From: a virus
Lineage: Duplodnaviria; Heunggongvirae; Uroviricota; Caudoviricetes
Length of the DNA: 64,000 nt
Virus record (IMG/VR): IMGVR_UViG_2974716081_000001
Strand: one strand, 5' to 3'
Of the stretch, positions 1 through 11,414 are shown one piece after another. How positions within the stretch are numbered: position 1 is the stretch's first letter; each line of letters starts with the position of its first letter. The notes below the pieces were generated by a model. That model did not search any database. It saw only the letters and a program-made list of their open reading frames with translations, and was not told the DNA's origin. The position numbers and the translations under genes are program-made.

Positions 1-17
1 ACATTATACGAAGTTAT
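1..17. other. loxP: loxP recombination site, partial (spacer end plus one 13-bp arm; cut by window start)
   Basis: acatTATACGAAGTTAT matches the loxP arm and spacer end; lies directly upstream of cre. Confidence 0.75.
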
Positions 18-36
18 ATTAAGGGTTATTGAACAT

Positions 37-109
37 GATCAATTTACCTGTAAATCCATACAGTTCAATACCTTATCAGGTCAAATAGTGATCACTTGAT
101 CATTTGATC
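37..109. promoter_or_regulatory. cluster of four GATC (Dam) sites in the cre upstream region
   Basis: GATC at about 37, 90, 98 and 106 within ~75 bp; Dam-sensitive cre promoters are established for P1. Confidence 0.45.
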
Positions 110-435
110 AAGTTTGCGCTACGTAAAATCTGTGAAAAGTTGGCAGTGTTAGTGCTCCAGATTTCGCGTAGCGCACTTAGCACCACCAATCAATCAGAGG
201 TGAAAAATGGGATATTCAGCTGCTAAAGTGTCCACTCATCTTGAGCTTGAGAAAAACCGTGGTTACTGGCGGGCAAAAGGGTTTGATCGTGATAGTTGCC
301 AACTGTCATTATCGCGCGGTGAAGAGAAAATAGTACGCACGCGCGGTCGCTGGCGTTTCTATGGCGAGAACCATAAACAGGTAAAGGCAGAGCCGATCCT
401 GTACACTTTACTTAAAACCATTATCTGAGTGTTAA

Positions 436-1467
436 ATGTCTAATTTACTGACCGTACACCAAAATTTGCCTGCATTACCGGTCGATGCAACAAGTGATGA
501 GGTTCGCAAGAACCTGATGGACATGTTCAGGGATCGCCAGGCGTTTTCTGAGCATACCTGGAAAATGCTTCTGTCCGTTTGCCGGTCGTGGGCGGCATGG
601 TGCAAGTTGAATAACCGGAAGTGGTTTCCCGCAGAACCTGAAGATGTTCGCGATTATCTTCTATATCTTCAGGCGCGCGGTCTGGCAGTGAAAACTATCC
701 AGCAACATTTGGGCCAGCTAAATATGCTTCATCGTCGGTCCGGGCTGCCACGACCAAGTGACAGCAATGCTGTTTCACTGGTCATGCGACGGATCCGAAA
801 AGAAAACGTTGATGCCGGTGAGCGTGCAAAACAGGCGCTGGCGTTCGAACGCACTGATTTCGACCAGGTTCGTTCACTCATGGAAAATAGCGATCGCTGC
901 CAGGATATACGTAATCTGGCATTTCTGGGGATTGCTTATAACACCCTGTTACGTATAGCCGAAATTTCTAGGATCAGAGTTAAAGATATCTCACGTACTG
1001 ACGGTGGGAGAATGTTAATCCATATTGGCAGAACGAAAACGCTGGTTAGCACCGCTGGTGTAGAGAAGGCACTTAGTCTGGGGGTAACTAAACTGGTTGA
1101 GCGATGGATTTCTGTCTCTGGTGTGGCTGATGATCCGAATAACTACTTGTTTTGCCGTGTCAGAAAAAATGGTGTTGCCGCGCCATCTGCCACCAGCCAG
1201 CTATCAACTCGCGCCCTGGAAGGGATTTTTGAAGCAACTCACCGATTGATTTACGGGGCTAAGGATGACTCTGACCAGAGGTACCTGGCCTGGTCTGGAC
1301 ACAGTGCCCGTGTCGGAGCCGCGCGAGATATGGCCCGCGCCGGAGTTTCAATACCGGAGATCATGCAAGCTGGTGGCTGGACCAACGTAAATATTGTCAT
1401 GAACTATATCCGTAATCTGGATAGTGAAACGGGGGCAATGGTGCGCCTGCTGGAAGATGGTGATTAG
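436..1467 (+). CDS. cre: Cre site-specific tyrosine recombinase
   Basis: 343-aa ORF MSNLLTVHQNLPALPVDATSDEVRKNLMDMFRDRQAFSEHTWKMLLSVCRSWAAWCKLNNRKWFPAEPEDVRDYLLYLQARGLAVKTIQQHLGQLNMLHRR matches Cre as I recall it; ATG start; adjacent to loxP. Confidence 0.98.
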   Translation: MSNLLTVHQNLPALPVDATSDEVRKNLMDMFRDRQAFSEHTWKMLLSVCRSWAAWCKLNNRKWFPAEPEDVRDYLLYLQARGLAVKTIQQHLGQLNMLHRRSGLPRPSDSNAVSLVMRRIRKENVDAGERAKQALAFERTDFDQVRSLMENSDRCQDIRNLAFLGIAYNTLLRIAEISRIRVKDISRTDGGRMLIHIGRTKTLVSTAGVEKALSLGVTKLVERWISVSGVADDPNNYLFCRVRKNGVAAPSATSQLSTRALEGIFEATHRLIYGAKDDSDQRYLAWSGHSARVGAARDMARAGVSIPEIMQAGGWTNVNIVMNYIRNLDSETGAMVRLLEDGD

Positions 1468-1517
1468 CCGTCAATATATAAGAAATTGCTATAATTATTT
1501 GATATTTATGGTGACAT

Positions 1518-1829
1518 ATGAGAAAGGATTTCGACATCGGCGGAAAATATGTAGTGCTGTCTGTAAGCACTAATATTCAGTCGCCAGCCGTCATTGTCAC
1601 TGTAAAGTTAAGCGATAGAATGGCTGATATTGACTCAATATCTGTTGCGTTCCCTGTCAAAAGTATTCGTAGTGCTGAACATTTCGTGATGAATGCCACC
1701 GAGGAAGAAGCACGGCGCGGTTTTGCCAAAGTGATGTCTGAGTTTGGCGAATTTTTGGGGCACGTTGACAAAGCCCTCTCAATCAGTTCAGCAAGGTCCA
1801 AAGCGTTAACAGCTTCCATGCTGAAATAA
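1518..1829 (+). CDS. cra: small protein immediately downstream of cre (cra-like)
   Basis: 103-aa ORF with ATG start 50 bp after cre stop; name from position only, no recognisable domain. Confidence 0.5.
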   Translation: MRKDFDIGGKYVVLSVSTNIQSPAVIVTVKLSDRMADIDSISVAFPVKSIRSAEHFVMNATEEEARRGFAKVMSEFGEFLGHVDKALSISSARSKALTASMLK

Positions 1830-1835
1830 AAAAAA

Positions 1836-1854
1836 GCCTGGCAAGGAGCCAGGC
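1836..1854. terminator. hairpin after cra (GCCTGGC-aagga-GCCAGGC), preceded by an A-run
   Basis: 7-bp perfect stem; the A-run on the top strand suggests it terminates leftward transcripts or acts bidirectionally. Confidence 0.35.
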
Positions 1855-1962
1855 TGCACAAAAGAGCGGGTTTGTATTCCGCATCCAATCAATCAAGAAG
1901 GAGTATAGCACACAGGTACTGAAGTGAAAAAATGTGATTCGCGATTAACAAAATATCTATCA

Positions 1963-1979
1963 ATTGCTCTAATTGATTG
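1963..1979 (+). promoter_or_regulatory. C1 repressor operator (Op2-like) overlapping the ref promoter; -10 TATAAT at 1981-1986
   Basis: ATTGCTCTAATTGATTG versus C1 operator consensus ATTGCTCTAATAAATTT; a second partial copy (ATTGCTATAATTGAG) overlaps it. Confidence 0.6.
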
Positions 1980-2046
1980 CTATAATTGAGCCGCAGTTTT
2001 TGTCAACTACGAAGACGTTGCCATTACTTCACTCCTTGACATCATT

Positions 2047-2072
2047 GGCGGCCATTAGGCCGCCTTTTTTTT
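2047..2072 (+). terminator. terminator-like hairpin plus T8 run in the ref leader, 5 nt before the ref ATG
   Basis: GGCGGCC-atta-GGCCGCC followed by TTTTTTTT, located between the operator-controlled promoter and the start codon. Confidence 0.4.
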
Positions 2073-2077
2073 GCCAT

Positions 2078-2728
2078 ATGAAAACAATCGAACAAAAAAT
2101 TGAACAGTGCCGCAAGTGGCAGAAGGCAGCCAGAGAACGAGCGATCGCTCGGCAACGGGAGAAGTTGGCTGATCCGGCCTGGCGAGAATCTCAATATCAG
2201 AAAATGCGGAATACTATCGATCGCCGTATCGCTAAACAGAAAGAGCGCCCACCAGCCAGCAAAACGCGGAAAAGCGCGGTAAAAATAAAATCTCGTGACT
2301 TGAAGGGACGAACACCGACGGCGGAGGAACGGCGCATAGCCAATGCTCTTGGCGCTCTCCCCTGCATTGCCTGCTATATGCATGGAGTAATATCTGAAGA
2401 GGTGTCTCTGCACCATATCTCCGGTCGTACCGCGCCTGGTTGTCACAAAAAGCAATTGCCACTTTGTAGATGGCACCACCAGCATGCAGCACCGGCTGAA
2501 GTAAGAGAAAAATACCCCTGGCTGGTCCCTGTTCATGCCGATGGTGTGGTTGGAGGCAAGAAAGAATTCACCTTGCTGAACAAGTCAGAGATGGAGTTGC
2601 TGGCTGACGCCTATGAAAGGGGTCTGACGCTCAGTGGAACGAAAACTCACGTTAAGCAACGTTTTCTGCCTCTGACGCCTCTTTTAATGGTCTCAGATGT
2701 CCTTTGGTCACCAGTTCTGCCAGCGTGA
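2078..2728 (+). CDS. ref: Ref HNH endonuclease (recombination enhancement), last 6 codons replaced by a 37-aa read-through into the transposon inverted repeat
   Basis: Basic disordered N-terminus and HNH motif (CHKKQLPLCRWHHQH); removing the transposon restores an ORF of exactly 186 aa ending ...LLADAYEMANIMH. Confidence 0.85.
   Translation: MKTIEQKIEQCRKWQKAARERAIARQREKLADPAWRESQYQKMRNTIDRRIAKQKERPPASKTRKSAVKIKSRDLKGRTPTAEERRIANALGALPCIACYMHGVISEEVSLHHISGRTAPGCHKKQLPLCRWHHQHAAPAEVREKYPWLVPVHADGVVGGKKEFTLLNKSEMELLADAYERGLTLSGTKTHVKQRFLPLTPLLMVSDVLWSPVLPA
2614..2618. repeat. target-site duplication TGAAA (left copy)
   Basis: the same 5 bp directly flank both transposon inverted repeats. Confidence 0.8.
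2619..2656. repeat. Tn3-family left 38-bp terminal inverted repeat
   Basis: exact match to the canonical Tn3 inverted repeat. Confidence 0.9.
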
Positions 2729-5657
2729 AGGAATAATGGCCGAGCATATTGATATGTCCGTGGCAAAGCGGGGAGAGGCGTGCGATATCTTCATCATTCA
2801 GTGTTTCACCCTGCGCCCGGAGATGATCCAGGGCTGCCTGCATATAAATAGTGTTCCATAACACGACGGCGTTAGTGACCAGCCCCAGTGTGCCCAGTTG
2901 ATCTTCCTGACCGTCGGTATATCGTTTTCTTATCTCACCTTTTTGACCGTGACAGATGGCTCTGGCAACGGCATGGCGACTTTCTCCCCGATTAAGCTGG
3001 GTCAGAATGCGCCGGCGGTAATCTTCATCATCAATATAATTAAGCAGATACAGCGTTTTGTTGATGCGCCCCACTTCAATGATTGCCTGAGTCAGTCCGG
3101 AAGGACGTTCACTTTTCAGCAATGAACGGACCAGCACTGAAACCTGTACTTTGCCCAGCTTCAGGGAGCCAGCGGTCCGGATCATTTCGTCCCACTGAAG
3201 GACTATTTTTCGGGGATCTGATTGCCCTCTGGCAATATCATTCAGCACGCCATAGTCGGCATCATGGTCCATTCGCCAGAAAACCGAAGCACCGGCATCA
3301 GCCAGGCGTGGAGAAAACTGGTATCCCAGCAGCCAGAAAAGGCCAAAGACAAGTTCGCTGGCACCTGCTGTATCGGTCATAATTTCGGTTGGATTCAGCC
3401 CGGTCTCCTGTTCCAGAAGACCTTCCAGCACAAAGATAGAGTCCCTCAGCGTCCCCGGTATAACGATGCCATGAAAGCCGGAATACTGATCGGACACAAA
3501 GTTGTACCAGGTGATCCCTCTGTTATTACCAAAGTATTTGCGGTTCGGTCCGGCATTGATTGTTCTGACTGGCGTAACAAAGCGCATTCCATCTGCAGAT
3601 GCCACTTCTCCTCCACCCCATATCTGTGCCAGTGGCAGCGTTGCCTGAAAATCAACCAGTCTGGCATTAGCGCTGGTGATAGTTTCAGCCCGCAGATAGT
3701 TCGCTTTTGTCCAGTTCAGCCGGTGTCGGGTCAGTGCAGGAACATTTGATCTGATCAGTGGTTCCAGACCGATATTGCAGGCTTCAGCCATCAGCACGGC
3801 GCTGATGCTGACGGGCAGATCATCAACTCTGGCACTGGCTTCACTAGCATGGAAAAACTCATCAGCAAATCCGGTATGGGCGTTAATTTCGAGCAGCAAC
3901 TCCGTTAAATCCACCGGAGGGAGTAGATCACTGATCATTTTGCTCAGTCGTTTCAGACTGTCCGGCTCATCAAGACTGGCGAGGGGAGAAATTGTCAACC
4001 GGGGCTTCGGGCCAGAAACATCGAGTTCGACAGCCTCATTTTCGCAAAGACGTGCAGCAACCTGTCTGTAACGACTATCAAGCTGATGACCCAGAGATTT
4101 TATTGCTTCCTGCGGGTCTGTCGGGTGCCCCAAAGAACGATAAACCTTAATCCGGTTTGCCTGCCAGTCAGCACCCTGTAGTAATCTTGCACGAGGATCT
4201 CCCCACCGGTTACTGCCGGTAACGTAGACATCCCTCCGCCTCAGACTATCCTGCAGTTTACTGAGAAAGCAGAGCGTGTATCCCCTGCGGGTGATATGTT
4301 TTTCCTTGTTAATCACCAGCCGTTTCCATGACCGACTGATAATTTCCGTTGGTGCGTCGTCAAAAAACTGCCGCCGTGAGCTGAACTCCCGGCTGAGGTA
4401 GTCACAGGCATTCAGAGTGGTAACCCCGGCAGGTGCGGATGAAAATTTAACGGTATTCAGCAGATGGGGCAGGAAACGACGAACGCGCCCGTACTGCTCC
4501 ACCATTTCTTCATGAAAATTATCGTCTGAGGGCCGGGCAATTTCACGGACAAGCGTGATGATTTCAGCCAGCTTTTGCCTTGGGATGTAGCTGAACACCT
4601 CAGCACGAATCGATTCGTCCGGTGTTTCTTCTTTCAGCAGGTACGAACATGCGCTGGCGAGCGCCAATGCAGATTTATCCAGATCCTTCAGCGAGCGGAG
4701 CCGTTTTTTCTGCCCAATCTTTCTGGCGTCACGGATGATAACGGCCAGCATGGCGTCCAGAACGTCCAATGCATCATCCAGCGCCAGCGTTTCCCATGCA
4801 AGGACAAAGGCAACCAGAACCGCCATCCTTTTCTGCGGTGACATCCTGGCAATATTGAACACCGAAGTCATACCAGCATAACGTGCGAGATTTTTCAGGC
4901 GCACAGCCGGGAGTGTACTCAGGTTTTCAGCATGCAGGCCAAAATCGTTCAGAGTTTTCCAGCGTTCAATTGCTTCATTAAACGCCGGACCACTGATGGT
5001 CACAGGGCCCTTTTTCAGTGATTCCAGTAAAGACAGGCGGCTGCAATCAGTTGGCCCCAGCAGCATCTCCAGCTGTGAACGCTGTTCGGCTGACGGTATC
5101 AGTGCCAGTTTGTTCCACAGGCGCAACGTCGCCTTTTCCCTTACCTCTGAAATCAACCGGGTCAGCGTAGTGGCTCCGGGGAGAATAATACGATGTTGCA
5201 TAAGCCACCCTGTCGCCAGATCGAAAAGCAGGCCAGGACGTTCGTTGCTTATCCAGCTCCGGGTATATAAAAGACGGGTAAGGCGAAATGTCCAGGGCCA
5301 GGCAAATTCACGATACTGATAGTGCTGACGTATCAGCGCTGCATGCTCACGGCGGGTATTTTCCCTCTGACCGTATTCTGCAAGAACGGTGATATCACGA
5401 ATCCCGAGCTGTCTGGCGGTAAAATGCCGGACGCCGGAAGGAATATGATTCATATCGGTGAGGAAGGTGCCCAGAAAACGGACACATCCAATTTGCAGGG
5501 CAATGCCCAGACGGTTGTGATCACCTCTGCTTTTTCCGATAAATTCCTTGTCTGCTTCATCAAGGTGAAAATATCGTGCCAGCTGAAGCTCATCCGGTTC
5601 ACCGGTGAATCTGCCATAGCTTTCAGTCTGCTCAGTGGTCAGAAAGTCAACGGGCAT
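2652..5657 (-). CDS. tnpA: Tn3-family transposase TnpA (1001 aa)
   Basis: ORF contains MPVDFLTTEQTESYGRFTGEPDELQLARYFHLDEADKEFIG...; start set at the MPVDFLT methionine rather than the extended track start. Confidence 0.95.
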   Translation of the reverse strand: MPVDFLTTEQTESYGRFTGEPDELQLARYFHLDEADKEFIGKSRGDHNRLGIALQIGCVRFLGTFLTDMNHIPSGVRHFTARQLGIRDITVLAEYGQRENTRREHAALIRQHYQYREFAWPWTFRLTRLLYTRSWISNERPGLLFDLATGWLMQHRIILPGATTLTRLISEVREKATLRLWNKLALIPSAEQRSQLEMLLGPTDCSRLSLLESLKKGPVTISGPAFNEAIERWKTLNDFGLHAENLSTLPAVRLKNLARYAGMTSVFNIARMSPQKRMAVLVAFVLAWETLALDDALDVLDAMLAVIIRDARKIGQKKRLRSLKDLDKSALALASACSYLLKEETPDESIRAEVFSYIPRQKLAEIITLVREIARPSDDNFHEEMVEQYGRVRRFLPHLLNTVKFSSAPAGVTTLNACDYLSREFSSRRQFFDDAPTEIISRSWKRLVINKEKHITRRGYTLCFLSKLQDSLRRRDVYVTGSNRWGDPRARLLQGADWQANRIKVYRSLGHPTDPQEAIKSLGHQLDSRYRQVAARLCENEAVELDVSGPKPRLTISPLASLDEPDSLKRLSKMISDLLPPVDLTELLLEINAHTGFADEFFHASEASARVDDLPVSISAVLMAEACNIGLEPLIRSNVPALTRHRLNWTKANYLRAETITSANARLVDFQATLPLAQIWGGGEVASADGMRFVTPVRTINAGPNRKYFGNNRGITWYNFVSDQYSGFHGIVIPGTLRDSIFVLEGLLEQETGLNPTEIMTDTAGASELVFGLFWLLGYQFSPRLADAGASVFWRMDHDADYGVLNDIARGQSDPRKIVLQWDEMIRTAGSLKLGKVQVSVLVRSLLKSERPSGLTQAIIEVGRINKTLYLLNYIDDEDYRRRILTQLNRGESRHAVARAICHGQKGEIRKRYTDGQEDQLGTLGLVTNAVVLWNTIYMQAALDHLRAQGETLNDEDIARLSPLCHGHINMLGHYSFTLAELVTKGHLRPLKEASEAENVA

Positions 5658-6378
<721 letters not shown>

Positions 6379-6548
6379 TACGCCTATTTTTATAGGTTAA
6401 TGTCATGATAATAATGGTTTCTTAGACGTCAGGTGGCACTTTTCGGGGAAATGTGCGCGGAACCCCTATTTGTTTATTTTTCTAAATACATTCAAATATG
6501 TATCCGCTCATGAGACAATAACCCTGGTAAATGCTTCAATAATATTGA

Positions 6549-7421
<873 letters not shown>

Positions 7422-7530
7422 CTGTCAGACCAAGTTTACTCATATATACTTTAGATTGATTTAAAACTTCATTTTTAATTTAAAAGGATCTAGGTGAAGA
7501 TCCTTTTTGATAATCTCATGACCAAAATCC

Positions 7531-7568
7531 CTTAACGTGAGTTTTCGTTCCACTGAGCGTCAGACCCC
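7531..7568. repeat. Tn3-family right 38-bp terminal inverted repeat
   Basis: reverse complement of the left inverted repeat. Confidence 0.9.
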
Positions 7569-7573
7569 TGAAA
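7569..7573. repeat. target-site duplication TGAAA (right copy)
   Basis: identical to 2614-2618. Confidence 0.8.
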
Positions 7574-7593
7574 TGGCAAACATCATGCACTAA
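7574..7593 (+). other. displaced native 3' end of ref (codons MANIMH plus stop)
   Basis: joins in frame to position 2618 once the transposon and one duplication copy are removed. Confidence 0.7.
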
Positions 7594-7782
7594 TAAATAT
7601 ATTATTTTTAATCTTAAATGATTGACAACTGACAAGTGACTTGAGTCAGAATCATCACACGCCCGGTACGGATGGATCCCTTTTCAAATATTCCATGGAC
7701 GGCACAGTCTGAGTACCGGGCGCTACCTTCTGTTGTATTGCTAAGCCGCCGCTGGTGGCTTTTCTTTTTTGTAGGGGGCGCT

Positions 7783-8424
7783 ATGGATAAGAAAATATGC
7801 GTTGTTTCAATGAGCGTCGGCAAACCGGCGTCAATGACTGCTGCATGGATCAACAATGAGCTGATAATGGCTGAGCGGACCAGCTACCCTGAACGCCGCC
7901 GCGATATGGAACTCCAGCTGCTGCGCGAATTGCGAGAAAAAGAGGAAAAGGGTTTTATCGTGCTGGTGGAAGAGGAAAACAGCTTTATTACCGGTCGAGT
8001 TGGCCAGCGTGTAAGGTTGCGTGATCCCTTCATGAACGGTAGACCGGTACTGATTGAAGCAATGCAGATTTACAAGGAATTGGAACGCCAGAAAGCGATC
8101 AAGTTACCGCGCAAGGAATCCGGCAAATACATCCTCCACCAAAGCATCTTCGATTCCGAACATGACAAAAAAGGCGATGAATTTTTCAACATCAACTGGA
8201 GCGAAATAACGACAGAGCACGTTCTGACGTTGTTATGCTGCTTCGCAACGGAATACAACAACGTTGCAAACTCCGACTACATCAGGGCAATGGCTGGAGA
8301 AGTTGAGCCACGCCAGGAACCATCGTTACTAAGCCCACTGATTAACATAATTCGCGGCACACAGAGACTTGCGGAAAAAAGCGTTCCACATGGAATCTTA
8401 ACTGGAAAGGGAAACTATTTTTAA
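7783..8424 (+). CDS. hypothetical protein (at the position where P1 may carry mat; unverified)
   Basis: ORF with RBS GTAGGGGG four nt before ATG (MDKKICVVSMSVGK...); the track start at 7672 is an alternative; no recognisable domain. Confidence 0.5.
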   Translation: MDKKICVVSMSVGKPASMTAAWINNELIMAERTSYPERRRDMELQLLRELREKEEKGFIVLVEEENSFITGRVGQRVRLRDPFMNGRPVLIEAMQIYKELERQKAIKLPRKESGKYILHQSIFDSEHDKKGDEFFNINWSEITTEHVLTLLCCFATEYNNVANSDYIRAMAGEVEPRQEPSLLSPLINIIRGTQRLAEKSVPHGILTGKGNYF

Positions 8425-8465
8425 CGACCTGAGCGCCACTTCTTTCAGGTCGTGTTGGATGTCAT

Positions 8466-8490
8466 AAAAAGGAGGTTTTCACCTCCTTTT
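8466..8490. terminator. bidirectional intrinsic terminator between convergent genes
   Basis: AAAAAGGAGGT-tttc-ACCTCCTTTT: perfect stem flanked by an A-run and a T-run. Confidence 0.7.
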
Positions 8491-8499
8491 AAACTGGAA

Positions 8500-11412
8500 T
8501 TATGGTAATGCGCTCTTGATTAACTGATAAATATCATCATTAGCAAACTGCGTTTTGAATTCAACTTTAACAGACTGACTTATTTGATTGAAAAGCGCCT
8601 GGGCATGTTCAATTTTCTTTTTTTCTTCAAGCCGTAAACTATCCTTACTATCTACGTTTTTTGTTTCAATGATAAAGTTAAGATAATCACCTTCTGCTGT
8701 TTTTACAACATAAGCAAAATCGGGTGAGTAAGTGTATCCACCAGCTACCGGGATCTTAATAGAATTCTTCGGTATCTTTGAAAAAACAACAACAGACTGG
8801 ATCTCTCTATCTGTTATATTACGCCTTTCAAGCTCTGAATCATAAAAAACCTCTTCAAAAAGATAAGTATCTAATGGTGCTTTTGAATTATCCTGTAATA
8901 CACCAAGATCACTTGATAATACCTCGTCTAGAGGCTTACCATCAGCATTTGTGAACTTTGTGGGATGAATTGAACCCGAAATCAAATTATATCCGAGGCT
9001 GAATTTGTTAAACGAATTGTTCAACAAATACTTACTAAAACCAGATTTAATTTTTCTGATTGTTTGAATATTCAGGTATTCAGTGATATTAATAGTGTCT
9101 TTTATATCACAAAAAACTTTATGTAAAGTATCGTGTTTAACAAAAATAGTCTGTGATAAGTTATCGAGAAACTCTCGATAACTCATTGTGTTTAGCTTAG
9201 CAAAGTCATCGTCATCACTAACAATGCTTTTCGACATTGCCATATCATTGTGGATGTAAATTTTATCAATGCGAGTATGAACGCCTGATTTGGTAAATCG
9301 TTCTGTTTCTTCGAGCATGAATGACTTGAAAATGGATAAAAACTCATTTTCACTGTTTATTTTGTACTCAATCACCGCTTTTTGATTGATTAATTCCCAT
9401 AGTTCTTTCAGCTCACTGAACTTACCAACACGCATTTTAGTGCGTCTTTTTCCATCAGTAGCTTTTTTGATTTTACCTGGTTTCACTCCTATAGGGAATG
9501 CTGCTGGATATTTGGATTTTAAGCGGCTGTAGGCATCTGAATCTTTGAAATTATCATTTTCATCAATGATTTCATCATTGAAAAGTTCATTCATTAGTGC
9601 TCTGGATGAAAGCTCAGGATACTGAGCCCTGATTAGTTCCTTAAACTCTTGAGTAAACTTACTTGGAACCCTTTCTTTGAAAGAACTCTCATTGACCTCT
9701 TTAACAAGTGAGTCAACAAAATCCTTTTCTGTAAAATCGACATAATATTTAAGGGTAAAATTGCGGTCTTTCACTCGACACATGTATTCATTCACAGGAA
9801 GACGCAAACCGCGCCCTACCTCTTGAAGCTTGGATGTGGTACTACCGCTCGAACGGAGCTTACAGATCTGAAAGACATTAGGATTATCCCATCCCTCACG
9901 CAACGTCCATTTTGAGAAAATGAAACGACGTGGATTATCTAAAGACAGCAAAAGCTCTTTGTCATGAAGGATTTCGTTGATTTCCTTCTCGATTTTATCA
10001 TCCTTATCACTGTTATCTTTTGAAAAATAACCGCCATGAACGGAAGATATATCTTTAACTGTTTTTTCAAGATAGTTACTATAAAACTCATCTTTTTCTA
10101 TTTTTAACAGTTCATTAGCTTCTGCCAAAACATATTCTTCGAACTTAGCTTTCAAACTTCCGGCAATATTATTACCGTCACGATAACCTTCAATATCATC
10201 AATAAAGAAAAGAGTAAGAGGCTTTATGCGTGGCCTTTGTGTCAGAAACTCTTTTTCTAACTTAAAGTGTTCTTTGATAGCTTTCCTCATCATGCTGTCA
10301 GCAAGTGTCTGATCGTAAGAATAGGGGTTTATTGAGCAACCAATTTTTAGCTCAATACCATTACTCAACACTACTGTATTCTTGCCTAAGGCATCAAGAG
10401 TTAAATCGTGAATAGCACTATGTGTCTTAGATAGAGATTCACCTTTTGTTAACTTAAATAAAGTTTTCTTGTTATTTTCATTTAGCTCAAATGTAACTTC
10501 TTCCCCATCAGATTTAATGAACTTTAGGTTGGCGTCACCATCACCAACAATATCCTCAATGTACGCATCAATACCTTTAACAAGGTCTTCATTAAATGCA
10601 TCCACAGCTGTAAGTCGATAAACTAAATTCTTATAGCCTTCACTAAAGGTCGCACCGTAGCGGATAATATATTGAGCATTAAACTTCTCTATATTTTCCC
10701 ATGTCTTCTTACCAGTAGGAAATTTATGTGGTTCATCAATGATAATGAATGGTTTTACCGCACCAAGAGCTGAAAAGGGAGAATCAAAATGATTGTCAAG
10801 CAAGCCAACATCATAAGTGGAATTTAAATTCTTAGAGTGAATCATTCCCGTGTTAATAACAAGAACGTGTATATATTTCTTATTGAAATTACTAGCTTCA
10901 ACAAAATCATGTATAGCTTGAGGCATATACGATTTTGTGCTTTTACCGGCATTTTTCTGACTTTCAACAACGTAAGTCTTTATTTCACGCTCATAATCAT
11001 CTCTAAAGTGTTCTTTTAACGCATCGCTTTTCAAAAAGTTCACTGTTCCAGCTTTGATCGATAGAGTAGGAACAATAATGATAAACTTATTAATGCCAAA
11101 TGATTTGTTCAGATCAAAAATTGTTTTAGTGTAGGTATACGTTTTACCTGTACCTGTCTCCATAGAAACATCGATTACGTTGCTTCCAGCATCGTAATTA
11201 TTTTTTACATGTTCAATACCATTGAGTTCCTGAACTTTTTTTATATTTTTATAGTATTGCTGTTCAGTAAGCCGTAATTCTGGATTAACTAACAGGCGAA
11301 TAGAAACATTATCCTCCTGATGAGATGTCGCGGAAACAAAAACGTTCATCACCGCATCGACACCTGCTTTCTGATGCGGTAAGTTCTTTTCGAATGTGAA
11401 CCCTTTTGACAT
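8500..11412 (-). CDS. res: Type III restriction enzyme Res subunit (EcoP1I-like, 970 aa)
   Basis: 970 aa with helicase motifs (TGTGKT Walker A); immediately downstream of and coupled to mod; AT-rich. Confidence 0.9.
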   Translation of the reverse strand: MSKGFTFEKNLPHQKAGVDAVMNVFVSATSHQEDNVSIRLLVNPELRLTEQQYYKNIKKVQELNGIEHVKNNYDAGSNVIDVSMETGTGKTYTYTKTIFDLNKSFGINKFIIIVPTLSIKAGTVNFLKSDALKEHFRDDYEREIKTYVVESQKNAGKSTKSYMPQAIHDFVEASNFNKKYIHVLVINTGMIHSKNLNSTYDVGLLDNHFDSPFSALGAVKPFIIIDEPHKFPTGKKTWENIEKFNAQYIIRYGATFSEGYKNLVYRLTAVDAFNEDLVKGIDAYIEDIVGDGDANLKFIKSDGEEVTFELNENNKKTLFKLTKGESLSKTHSAIHDLTLDALGKNTVVLSNGIELKIGCSINPYSYDQTLADSMMRKAIKEHFKLEKEFLTQRPRIKPLTLFFIDDIEGYRDGNNIAGSLKAKFEEYVLAEANELLKIEKDEFYSNYLEKTVKDISSVHGGYFSKDNSDKDDKIEKEINEILHDKELLLSLDNPRRFIFSKWTLREGWDNPNVFQICKLRSSGSTTSKLQEVGRGLRLPVNEYMCRVKDRNFTLKYYVDFTEKDFVDSLVKEVNESSFKERVPSKFTQEFKELIRAQYPELSSRALMNELFNDEIIDENDNFKDSDAYSRLKSKYPAAFPIGVKPGKIKKATDGKRRTKMRVGKFSELKELWELINQKAVIEYKINSENEFLSIFKSFMLEETERFTKSGVHTRIDKIYIHNDMAMSKSIVSDDDDFAKLNTMSYREFLDNLSQTIFVKHDTLHKVFCDIKDTINITEYLNIQTIRKIKSGFSKYLLNNSFNKFSLGYNLISGSIHPTKFTNADGKPLDEVLSSDLGVLQDNSKAPLDTYLFEEVFYDSELERRNITDREIQSVVVFSKIPKNSIKIPVAGGYTYSPDFAYVVKTAEGDYLNFIIETKNVDSKDSLRLEEKKKIEHAQALFNQISQSVKVEFKTQFANDDIYQLIKSALP

Positions 11413-11414
11413 GA

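Noticed and set aside
758-958. 66-aa ORF inside cre in another frame
   Set aside because: Fully nested within a well-supported gene, with no RBS or conservation argument
2042-2536. antisense ORFs (164, 86 and 60 aa) overlapping ref
   Set aside because: Overlap a recognisable HNH-nuclease gene on the opposite strand; typical spurious ORFs
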